From positions 290,848 to 354,847 of the forward strand of contig MU619238.1 in the NCBI GenBank assembly GCA_025201805.1: a stretch of 64,000 nt of DNA. The letters are read 5' to 3'. A program made the position numbers and the translations under genes. This stretch comes from Parasitella parasitica NRRL 2501. Lineage: Eukaryota; Fungi; Mucoromycota. The notes beneath the pieces are model-generated. The model saw nothing but the letters and a program-made list of their open reading frames with translations. It had not been told where the DNA came from and did no database searches. This document shows, piece by piece, positions 14,479-25,422 of this stretch. The first letter of the stretch is position 1, and each line of letters opens with the position of its first letter.

Positions 14479-15161
14479 TTAGACATTATCAGCAGAGTCT
14501 AGCTCGATTGGAGAAGATAGCTTGGCCATGTAAGAAAAGGGATCAATAAGCTTGAGCTCGTCTTTGATGGCATTGCGTGCCAGCAGATCGAGCTCCTTGG
14601 TAATCATTGTAACAATTTTCTACGGAAAACAAACATTTAGAAGATGCATGTTATAGTAATTGGTGTCTCACACGCACCTTGACTTTTCCATCGCATTTGA
14701 GAACCAGCTCAAAATAGGCTTGTGTGCAAATTGGCCCTTCAGTGCCTATGAGTAGCTTGTGATATGCCTCTGCCATGATATCGATCAGGGTAAAAAAGGT
14801 CTCTAAATAGTCCATTTCAAACGGCTGTAATAAACAATAAGCTAAATGATCAGATCAGCATGCACAGAATACATTACAATATGCGGGATGATGAGATAGC
14901 CATAATCGCCTGTGTTGTCCACTGCATTTTCATCTTTGGATTTCTTTCTAAAAATGTTTTTCTATTGTTCCATTTGCGGTAAGCATCAAGTGCAAGCGTT
15001 AGTATAGATCAAGTACCATCTTTTGCTTGGAATCGTCGCTAGTGTGTCTTTCGTATTCGTTCATAATCTGACTAAGAGCTTTGATATAATCCACAGGGTT
15101 CGTAATATCTAAAATTGCACCAAGCGATAAACCTAAAGCGTAGAAATTGTTCGTTCTACAT

Positions 15162-15201
<40 letters not shown>

Positions 15202-15467
15202 ACAGCCATTGAGCACAGATGTTATTCGCTGCATGTTTGGACTTACCTTTTGACCATGCTTGAGTTTGGATACATGTTTGTTAAATTATCTTTGGTCAAC
15301 AGGATTGTGTTAAACCAGTGAGTGTTCCCTTCGTGCGCTTTTCTAATGTATTTGATAGTGGCTACTCTCTTGGATACAAGCTCTGCGAGATATTCATACA
15401 GTCCTGGATGGAGTTGATTACTAGCATTCGTAACAGAAGATGCGTATAGAGGCGAAGATGCTGCCAT
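14479..15467 (-). CDS. Conserved uncharacterised fungal protein; about 6 short exons
   Basis: Spliceable exons give ...KRVATIKYIRKAHEGNTHWFNT...FYALGLSL...DYLETFFTLIDIMAEAYHKL...KIVTMITKELDLLARN..., with canonical GT-AG junctions and a stop at 14479-14481. Confidence 0.7.
15163..15204. repeat. (CA)n microsatellite within an intron
   Basis: Direct CA dinucleotide run. Confidence 0.95.
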
Positions 15468-15857
15468 TTTACTGTAGATGTTTGGTTGGGAAAAGATATT
15501 CCTTGTCTTGTCCTTGTATTCCCCTTATTTGATTCCATTATAGAAGCATTGCATATCGTCACGAAGGAGTCACACAAACTTGATTGCATCAAGATCATGA
15601 ACCATAGGTACCGGCTTTTTCATTCAAAAACGAGATACTTTAGCTTACCAAAAACATAAATCAATAAACTTCGTCTTGATCTAGGCTTCTTTTTGTTATA
15701 TTAGAGCATCTCCAACGGAGATGCTAAACAAAAGCCATTTAAAGCACCTTTTATTTTTTACTACCCGGAAATGTTTTGTCTGCTTTTTTGGTAATTGTCT
15801 CTGCTTGCTTATTGTTGCTTTGCTTTTTTGTCTCTGAAGCTCTTTGAATTACTCCCT

Positions 15858-16677
15858 NNNNNNNNNNNNNNNNNNNNNNNNNNNNNNNNNNNNNNNNNNN
15901 NNNNNNNNNNNNNNNNNNNNNNNNNNNNNNNNNNNNNNNNNNNNNNNNNNNNNNNNNNNNNNNNNNNNNNNNNNNNNNNNNNNNNNNNNNNNNNNNNNNN
16001 NNNNNNNNNNNNNNNNNNNNNNNNNNNNNNNNNNNNNNNNNNNNNNNNNNNNNNNNNNNNNNNNNNNNNNNNNNNNNNNNNNNNNNNNNNNNNNNNNNNN
16101 NNNNNNNNNNNNNNNNNNNNNNNNNNNNNNNNNNNNNNNNNNNNNNNNNNNNNNNNNNNNNNNNNNNNNNNNNNNNNNNNNNNNNNNNNNNNNNNNNNNN
16201 NNNNNNNNNNNNNNNNNNNNNNNNNNNNNNNNNNNNNNNNNNNNNNNNNNNNNNNNNNNNNNNNNNNNNNNNNNNNNNNNNNNNNNNNNNNNNNNNNNNN
16301 NNNNNNNNNNNNNNNNNNNNNNNNNNNNNNNNNNNNNNNNNNNNNNNNNNNNNNNNNNNNNNNNNNNNNNNNNNNNNNNNNNNNNNNNNNNNNNNNNNNN
16401 NNNNNNNNNNNNNNNNNNNNNNNNNNNNNNNNNNNNNNNNNNNNNNNNNNNNNNNNNNNNNNNNNNNNNNNNNNNNNNNNNNNNNNNNNNNNNNNNNNNN
16501 NNNNNNNNNNNNNNNNNNNNNNNNNNNNNNNNNNNNNNNNNNNNNNNNNNNNNNNNNNNNNNNNNNNNNNNNNNNNNNNNNNNNNNNNNNNNNNNNNNNN
16601 NNNNNNNNNNNNNNNNNNNNNNNNNNNNNNNNNNNNNNNNNNNNNNNNNNNNNNNNNNNNNNNNNNNNNNNNNNNNN
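15858..16677. other. Assembly gap (820 N) inside the transposon
   Basis: Run of N; ORF-track entries spanning it are artefacts. Confidence 1.
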
Positions 16678-17511
16678 AACACAATGATGACGAAAAGATA
16701 GAAGCTTTCACCATCAAGTCTTCACTTAAAACCACATGCACAAATACAACATTCATGAAATCAATTGACAACTTGGTGGAGTGCGCTACCAAAATTACCT
16801 ATATAGGCTCATTATTTGCAAACTTTATCATTCTGAAATGTGCAGACGCCAATGAAGATACGCCAATCATTAATCAAGATTTTGTTTATGCTATATTTTC
16901 CACCTTAGCAGGTAATGGGAGTAGGGCTCCTGAGTTCATCCGTCAATATTTTGAAGAGTTCAAAAATGCGTGCGAGATTGACGAGCAAATTTTAAAGTTT
17001 AGATGTTATAGAAAGAAGCAAAAAGCCTTCAGCGAAATAGTCAAGATGTTTACTAATGATAGCATCAAATACCGTACGAGTGACAACAACGAGAAACAAC
17101 AATTCTTACTCCCGCCCTCCACCACTTGATGGATCAGTTAAAGCAAATAAAACCATCATTGCCTATGGAGATGGAAAATTTTCACCCACCATGAGAGGCA
17201 AAAGATCTGGACCTACAAAGACTATCATAAAAGCTCTTCAAAAATGTAAAGAAAATCGTGGTGTTACAGTCCAAATGGTAGACGAATACCTCACCAGTCA
17301 AGTCTGCAACAACTGCAAAAAAAGAAATGTTGAAAACGTTGTGCAACGATCAGCAAAGCGAAGAGTATTACAGTGTCAAGAAACCGCTTGTAATATTATT
17401 TGGAATCGCGATATAATGGTTGCAAAAAACATCCTCAACATATTTTTACATGAAGCAAGAAACAATGACGCTCGTCTTTCACCATTCCAGCGTTCTGAAT
17501 CAAAAGAATAA
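16678..17511 (+). pseudogene. Fanzor1 (eukaryotic TnpB homolog), internally deleted and split across two frames; 5' end lies in the gap
   Basis: N-terminal FTIKSSL...ITYIGSLFAN segment; bridge-helix-like FRCYRKKQKAFSEI; IIAYGDG; VDEYLTSQVC (RuvC-II Glu at 17284-17286); CNNC...CQETAC Zn finger; WNRDIMVAKNI (RuvC-III Asp at 17410-17412). No RuvC-I (GxDPG-type) motif is visible. Confidence 0.88.
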
Positions 17512-17673
17512 TTGCAAGCATTGTGTGTCATTGACATTACTCTTTGATACGCCATGGGTATTCGGTTTATCCTATACACCATTAAAGGTGAGTAAAATTG
17601 TCCAAAAAAAAAAAGAAAGTATCACTCTCTCACCAATTTTCTTTTGAAATTAGCACCTCCGTTGGAGATGCTC
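17512..17673 (+). ncRNA. Putative Fanzor omegaRNA scaffold
   Basis: Lies between the Fanzor stop and the right element end. Nested inverted complementarity at 17533-17602, plus a hairpin formed by the TIR itself. Confidence 0.5.
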
Positions 17674-18664
17674 TTAAAGCAAAAAATCAATACACCATAA
17701 CTATTCAAGTTGTAATCTGCATGATCTTCGTAGGAATCAAGTTTGAATTAGCAAAATGACAGCCCATTAACACCCTATCTTAACTGATAATTTACCATTT
17801 GATTCCTCCAGCTATTTCTCTAAAAATGGTTGTATAATTCCCAACTCGATCTACCTAACGTTTTGCTAGCATCCTTTTTCCTTGACCAATCGATGATCCG
17901 TTTATAACATTGATATGTAGCCTTCACAGTCATTTCTGTATTTGTGTTACAGTCCTTATGTCAATGCCAACTGAATGCAACTGGCTCCATCCTACAGTGA
18001 CTATATGATAAAATAATGTTGAGCCTTTGATCTATACTCAAAAATTCTTTATACTAAATTTAACGTTGTGCAGCTGTAATAGCCGCAATTGATTGATCTA
18101 ACAATAGTTTTAATGCAACTGATAAAATAGAGTTAGGAAGCCCTATAAAATGTATTTATGAGTTTGGCTCGAGTTGAGCCAAGTATTTCCTGCAGCTATA
18201 AATGCATACGATGATCCAGTTGCAGACTGCATACATCTGATGCTACATAGACATGGATCGATAGACATTTCACAAACACAACCATTAATGGAAGTTTCCT
18301 TCATATGTAAATACGATCCAAATGTGAGATCAACCAAGTGCAATATTCTAATAAATTGATGTTGTACAGGTATTTATGTTTACATGCATACAGAAAACTT
18401 ACTATATCCGGACTTTCTTCCTAAACTCGGTTGAGGCATCCATGCGCATCGGTCCTATAGCTTGATCCGCAGGACCTGACAACATTTTCATATAACCATA
18501 TAAACAAGTCGATTCAATGCATTAGGATATGCCTGTAAGCAATCCCTTTTTCTTTTTTTTTTCTTAACAAACTGATAATAGTTTGTTAAAATCCTCTCTC
18601 TCTCTCTCTCTCTCCTCTTTTCTTTTCTTTCCTCTCCTAGCAAACCACCAGTCCTAAATTCAAA

Positions 18665-21616
18665 ATGAAAAGAAGCATGCTCTCCGCTTTTCCTCTTGTA
18701 GTGGCAGGTGTTTGCTTGGCTGTGTTTGTCATGGCAACTGGGGCCGACAAGATCTCCCACCCCAAATATATAAAGGGCTCCGCCAACACTATTCCTGGTC
18801 GCTACATTATTAGTTTTTCTGGCGCACGACCCGATTCAGGCACAGCCTTCGCTCAATCATTTACCAAAGAATTCAAAGGCGCAAGCCTGAAAGTCAAGGA
18901 AAACTTCAGGCATGATTTCTTCAATGGCATTTCAGTCGACCTTGACAATACGGACGATAGCATCCATACTGCTGCTCTTAAGGCTATCCTTGATAGATCG
19001 GAAGTGAAGGCCGTCTACCCTGTCAAAACAATTGCTCGTCCCAAGGTCATTCTCGAAAGCCAAGGTTCCAGCAAGACGCCTTCTGTCCTGCCCCATGCGA
19101 TGACTCAAGTTGATAAGGTCCACTCAGAACTCAAAAACAAGGGCAAAGGCATTTTTGTTGGTGTTCTTGATACAGGTATTATGACATGTTTCATTGCAGG
19201 CTGTTCTATATATAGATATTCACATGAAAATCTCTATTTGTGTGTATGCATTAGGGGTCGACTACTTGCATCCTGCTCTGGGTGGAGGCTTTGGCGAAGG
19301 CTTCAAAGTCATTAAAGGCTACGATTTGGTTGGCGATGCGTACACCGGATTTAACACACCTAAACCTGACAATGACCCTCTCGACGACTGTGGTCTTGAT
19401 ACTGAGGCATCAGGTAAGATCAATTGGCTTATAAAGTATTTATAGCTCATCGCAATATGAATAGGTCACGGTACACATGTCTCGGGTATTATTGCTGGTT
19501 ATGATGAATCCACCGTAAGTAGATTAACTGGGATAAGGATAATGGAAGGGGAGGATTTCTGAACAAATGTTAACGTTTTAGAACTTTACTGGCGTTGCAC
19601 CTGAAGCCAAGCTGGGCATGTGGCGTGTATTCGGCTGCAAAGGAAGTGTCACCAACGATGTCATTATCAAAGCTTTGCTGATGGCTTACGATGCTGGTGT
19701 TGATGTTATCAATTTGAGTTTAGGCGAGACCAACTCTTGGTCTACTACTACTGATGCTGAAACTAGCGTTGTTAGCAAGATTGTCCAAAGAGGTGTCAGT
19801 GGTAAGTTGTACAATTTGGTACAAATTCACATGGATAATTGACCTATAAATGCTTCAATTATTTAGTTGTTATTTCTGCTGGTAATTCTGGCGCAAGGGG
19901 AATTTATACTGTTGGCCAGCCCAGCACATCTGTTGATGCTTTCTCTGTCGCGTCCGTTGAAAATAGCTATTATGTCTCCAAGGATCTCAAGGCAACAGGC
20001 ATTGACCATACTATCCGTAGGTTAACTAGTCTAAATACCAAATATACATATTAACTAGTGGTCGATCGCTAGTTTACACTGCCAGCAATGATGACTCCAA
20101 GTTTTCAGATGGTCAGGTCATATACGGTGCTAAATCTGGCGCTAACAGTGCCGAAGGCTGTACTCCTGACTCAATTGATTCCGCTGTTAGTGGCAAAATC
20201 GCACTCATTCAGAGAGGCGCCTGCCCTTTCAGCGATAAGGTCAACAATGCTGCATCTGTCGGCGCCGTTGGTGTTATTATTTACAACAATGTTGCTGGTG
20301 CCCTTACTGCCTCGGTCCCTGGAGTCACTATCCCAGTTATTTCGATCTCCAATGCTGATGGCAAGGCTCTCTTGGATGCTATAAAAGTAGGTCCTGTTAG
20401 TGTCACTTTGAACAAGAAGGGCTCTATTCAGCCAATTGAAAACGCCAACACTATTTCGAGTTTCTCCAGCACTGGCTCCTCTTCTGAGCTCAACTTTAAG
20501 CCTAACATTGCTGGTATCGGTGGCAATGTCTACTCAACTTTGCCTCGCTATCTCAATAGCTACGGTGTCATGTCCGGTACAAGTATGGCTGCTCCCTACG
20601 TTGCTGGTTCAGTTGCTTTATACTTGAACTCTGAAGGGAAAAACAAGAGACGTTCAATTGCCTACATCAACGAGCAGTTTCAAAATTATGCGTATCCTAC
20701 AAAAATATTCAACACCACTGAAATTGATAGCCCTCTCCGTCAAGGCGCTGGCCTCGTTCAAGTCTATGATGCCATCACTCAAAAGACTCACATCTCTCCG
20801 GCACAGATCAGTTTCAATGACACTGCTACTACCAAATACAGAACGCAAACCATTACTGTTGTCAACCACGGCTCTACGACCATCCAATATGAAGTCGTAA
20901 ATGAGGTCGCCACCGGCATCTCTCCGTATGATGTCAAAGTCTATGGCTATACCCCTATTGAGCCTGCTGCTAACTCTGTTGCTGCTGCCAAACTGCGTTT
21001 CTCAAAAAAGCAATTCACCCTTGCTCCTGGCAAATCTCAAGAGATCAGGGTAACTGTAACTCCTCCCAAGACCAATCCCAAGGATCATATCTTTTACGGC
21101 GGTTTTATCCGCGTCAAGTCCAAGCAATCAACCAAGGGCAAAGACCTCAAAGTTCCTTATTTTGGCGTTGCTGGCAAGCAAAAAGAGCTGCCCATTTTTG
21201 ACACCGATTTCCCCACAATCATTGATGCTAAAAATACTGAATATGGCAAGAATGACACGTTTACCTTTGATCGCTCCAACTCTACTAACGCACCTATCTC
21301 TGTAATACGCCTGTTGACTCCCTCCCCTCAAATTAAGGCTGATCTCATGGATTACAAGACTAGCAAAGTCCTCGGCCAATTCCTCACTGGCCTTGATTAT
21401 GTCGGTCGTAACTTTCTCGCCCGCGATCAAGTTTACTATCAATACGTCTGGGATGGCACTTATGTCCCCGCCTCTATTTCCCAGGCTCCCCTTCCTATTG
21501 CCGCTGTGGACGGTACCTACAGGTTCCGTTTTGCTGCTTTAAAGCTTCTCGGTAACCCCAACGACAAGAAGGATTGGGAATCATGGACGTCAGGCCCTAT
21601 TGTAGTCAAGAACTAA
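18665..21616 (+). CDS. Secreted subtilisin-like S8 serine protease with PA domain and Fn3-like C-terminal domain; multi-exon
   Basis: Signal peptide; catalytic triad motifs VLDTG, GHGTHV and GTSMAAP; VINLSLG; SAGNSG; PA-domain IALIQRGACPF; LRQGAGLVQ. Confidence 0.93.
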
Positions 21617-21939
21617 TCCCTTGCTCCGAAATGACCTATTCAATGATGAATTCTAGAAAAATACAATGTACAAGTGTAATTAAATGTATTAATAAAAGTT
21701 GCATTCTTCAGCTTAAAGAAATCTAATGTGAAGTGCCAGACTCAATTATATATTATGATCCAGGATGGATTATTGTATAATAAACAGTCAGAAAGTGTGA
21801 TTAATTGCTGTATCTATCACACACCACTTCAAAATGAATACTTGAGTCGTAGTCTCAAGGAATAAAAAAAAGACTTGCAGCCAAGGGAACATATGATGTA
21901 TCATTGTATTTTAAAAAGCAATTACAAAAACAGCATCAA

Positions 21940-23331
21940 CAATTTCAAACACAAAAACAAGTAGTTTAAAGTTAAGCATTAGACTATAAGGCACCTTTTG
22001 ATTACATATTTGCATAGCTTAGAGCAAGTTTTTGTACTTTTTTAAGTTGACATCAGATGAAGGTAACGACTTTTTTGGAAAAGTATTTTTCAAAGTCGGA
22101 GCGTGAGATCGTCAGGCCAGGTACAGACATGCAAGTATTACCATTAGAAAGCTACGAAGTACACAATTTAAATAAACTAGGCTTCAATTGTTTCTCTCTT
22201 AAATTGGATAAGCTGTGGCTTCTCAAAGCTAACGCTTTCTTTAAAAATTACAACAATTTTCTTTGATATCGGAGATTCAAACGCGTCCAAAAGCAGGAAG
22301 GAAAACTTCTTTCAAAAACTCCATTTGGACAGTTCGAAAACTAAATTACTTTTTTAAGGCAAGATATCATCCTGTGGTACTATGCATACTACGGCTGTCA
22401 GTCTATAATAATAGCTGTATTTTTGGACGCTCTACACGCTGGTATCATTTCGTTATTCTCTTATGCTTATGGAAGGAATTATGTCGGGAAAACCTCAAAA
22501 CAGATCAAGAGGGAAAAGTCGACATTTTGCTTAATCAGAGCGCATTTTCAGTCTTTCAGATCAAGGAGTGGTCTTTTACGATCATTTTCCTCTAATATAT
22601 GACATAGTAAAAAGTTGCATTTTTGGGGTCAAAATCGAGGATAATGCATAATCAATGATTTTGGATGTGTGGATACAAGGAAAAAATCGAAAAAATCCAT
22701 GATTTTGCATCGAAAAAAAAATCATGCTCAAATTGCACCATAATCATATATAATATAGTTTTTTCCCAATAGATACTATTTCTGGTGTTTTTGGGGCACC
22801 TTTCATTATAAAAATTAATCAAAAAATGGCACACAAAGCTAAATTTCTTGCTTTTAAGCTGTAAAAAATACCTATCTGGAGATGACATCTCGTCAATATC
22901 AATTCTAGTACATGACGCAGCTCTAAAAAGTAAGTATTTTGATGCCACAAGTATAACTTTCTTTATAGTAAAATGATAAAACAGCTGTGGCTCATCGCGT
23001 TGGAAGCAGAAGAGGATAATTTATGAATGCAATGTTTTGCTGCAATTACCCCTTGTTATTTGTGAACAAACCAAAAGTTGGTAATTGCTAGTGACAGAGA
23101 AGTCCTATTACCATTGTTGCTTATAATAATACTTAATGTCAGTTCAAGAGTTCCTTTTTTTGTAATTCTAGTGCTAAACATGTAAAATAGAAAGTAAAAT
23201 AGAGGTCAGGATTGGGGTTGAGGTAATTTTATTAGCAAAAGTTAAGCTTTATAATAAGCTTCTGGTAGATTTCAGGTTCCAGATACTGTACTGTAGAGTA
23301 TCAAATTCTAAATAGAGCATATCTTGCTATA
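21940..23331 (-). repeat. ~1.4 kb interspersed repeat, copy A (inverted relative to 60575-61965)
   Basis: Near-identical reverse complement of 60575-61965, with mirrored spurious ORFs (22057/61849, 22263/61643, 22948/60958). Confidence 0.95.
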
Positions 23332-23540
23332 CAGTGCCTCCACCCCCAATTTTCGCTTTCCAACGAGCTGATTTCGCTTTGATCTCCGACCAACTTTCGT
23401 TTTTATAAAGTCCAATTTTCGCTTCTTTATTGGCCAAAGTTCGTTTTGGTAAGGGCTCATTTTCGCTTTTGTCACTTCCAAAGTTCGATTTTGTTCGTTT
23501 CATAGTTCGCTTTTGCATCACTCAATTTTCGTGTTTAATC
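23332..23540 (+). mobile_element. Probable DNA-transposon terminus (TA|CAGTG...) with a subterminal TTCG repeat array
   Basis: Begins exactly where homology to repeat copy B ends, after a TA dinucleotide. About ten same-strand (A/T)(T/G)TTCG(C/T/A)T-like motifs occur in 23348-23533. Confidence 0.55.
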
Positions 23541-24564
23541 TCAAGGTTTATTAAAGCGGGGCATTTTTGGAAGTTATTGACAGAGTGATTTGCAATGTTG
23601 TGAAGCGTCCGTAAATCGGACCTCTGATTATGGATGATGACGTCGAAAGAATTTCGCTCATTTTTTTTCATTTGTACTTATTTTTTTTTTTTTGACACTA
23701 ATCCATGGAGGAGAATCGCAACCATGGTTTATATTTTTGATCTTGTACACAATTTTCCACCAAACAGTTTTAATGCATATCTTAGAAGTATCATGGATAA
23801 GAGTGTCATTGGTGGTTTGGCGTTTCAAGCATTGTAGTTTCTTTTAAGAAGTTGCCGTAATTCTTCAAGGTCAATATTTCGTGCTCTTTTAAAGATAAGT
23901 ATACACGTTAAGAATACTGCAAGAAAAACACAAGGCTTTGTACACATGAACCCTGCCCTACGCCGGAGAAATTCGCTGGCTGCCTTGATGAACAATTGTT
24001 CGTCTCCAGCCGGGAGTGGGAAGTTGTCACTCTCCTCTTGTAAATTGATAAGGCATTTTGGTTTTATTCACTTCATTATAGGTCCAAATTTAACTACGGC
24101 AAAGCCAATGCTTTTGATACCAACAGTTTTCGATGGATTGACGATTCTCCTCTCTCTCTCTCTCTCTCTCTATTCTACTCGCGGCGTCATCACTTCTTCT
24201 TATATAGCCCTCAACACATGTATATATTTGTTTTATTTAAAACCAAAGAACATAGCAGCAAAACCAAGTAGATATAATTGCTCCAAATTTTGGAACCATA
24301 ATGCTTAACATGTACTTATCCCGAAAATGGTCAATTTACAAAAACTTCTTCCACCTTAATAAACGCAGTCTAATGATCTCGTTTTTGAACTGCAGGTTGA
24401 CATGTCAATATCACTACTACTGACTTTCGTAAAAAAAAAACAGACAGCTCTTGCCACTGAAGTGTTTTTGCTGGAAATTCATCGGCTTTTGAGAAGAAAA
24501 AGTCGGTCACAAAATACTGTATACTATCCTTTTCACCATGACCTTTATTTTTCAAAAACATTGT

Positions 24565-24965
24565 GGGTACACATGCAAAACATATTCTTCCTGCTAATAA
24601 AGGAATTACAGTACAATTTTGGAGCAATCTGTGAGAAAGGCAGGACCTTAAGGAAATTCAAAAGCTGTTTGTAAAAGGGATGGTTCAAACAAATAGAGAA
24701 AAAGAAATGGTGGTAAAACTGCTGAGGCTATTGATGTAAATGCAAGAGTTGCAATTCGCAGTGAGCATTTTCTACAGTTCATCTCTGGTATTATGGGTAC
24801 ACTAGATAATCACAATATGGATGAAGATATATTATCATGGGTAATGCATCCATTCATAAAGTGCCTGAAATATCTGAGCCCATTGTTTCTAGGGAATATG
24901 TACCCGTCTATTTACCATCACACTCCCCGTTTCTAAATCCGATCGAACTACTTTGATCAAAATTT
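24565..24965 (+). pseudogene. Degenerate IS630/Tc1-mariner DDE transposase fragment
   Basis: Frameshifted pieces GTHAKHILPANKGITV..GAICEKG, NARVAIRSEHFLQFISGIMGTLDNH, IIMGNASIHK (cf. MDNAxIH) and VYLPSHSPFLNPIELL*SK (cf. LPPYSPxLNPIExxWS). Confidence 0.8.
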
Positions 24966-25422
24966 ATAAACTTCTATTACATGTGTATTTATTTAAAGGA
25001 TAGGATCATTTCTATAAAGCATACTTGTCAATACTTGCTTTTTTATGAATCAGAATTCACAGTTTCATTGCAGAAAAAAGTTGGATCTGCTTCCTAAAGA
25101 TGAATAAACACAAAATAAAAACACTACAACTCTGGTAGTTTGTTGTACGAGACAGCGGTAAAAGCTGGATTACTGTATCCAAGTTTCCCATCTAGTCTTT
25201 GATATAACGAATGTGATACAGGGAAAAAAAAGTCAGTGGTTCCACGTATGATCTCAAAACTTTAACAAGGTTTTGTACGATATGATAACAATAATTCAAG
25301 ATTACAGACCAAAAAAGAAAAAATATAATTATTACGTTTACAAAAGCAGAGTATAAAAATTGCCTTCTCGGAAGGACAAGAGAGTGTACTCGAATAGAAA
25401 AAAAGTGTTGTATAATGCCTAA

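Larger units (their letters stand above)
15704..17673 (+). mobile_element. Non-autonomous PIF/Harbinger-type DNA transposon carrying a Fanzor gene
   Basis: Left TIR GAGCATCTCCAACGGAGATGCTAA (15704-15727). Right TIR 17650-17673 has reverse complement GAGCATCTCCAACGGAGGTGCTAA (23/24 match). TTA flanks both sides (15701-15703, 17674-17676). GAGCATCTCCAA termini with a TWA TSD are typical of PIF/Harbinger/Tourist. Confidence 0.9.

Noticed and set aside
15795-16792. Long ORFs spanning the N gap (also 47978-49241)
   Set aside because: Artefacts of translating N runs; only the real flanking sequence was interpreted.
17690-17698. ATACACCAT occurs both in the putative omegaRNA (17574-17582) and in the right flank
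   Set aside because: A 9-mer in AT-rich DNA; compatible with chance.
22057-22948. ORFs duplicated in both repeat copies
   Set aside because: Short, no recognisable domain, AT-rich composition; shared only because the DNA is duplicated.
23348-23533. CRISPR-like array
   Set aside because: Motifs are only 6-9 bp with irregular spacing, there are no cas genes and the context is eukaryotic; better explained as subterminal repeats.
25155-25177. Possible right TIR (..GCTGGATTACTG|TA) for the element starting at 23332
   Set aside because: Only the terminal ACTG|TA and a few bases match; too weak to call.
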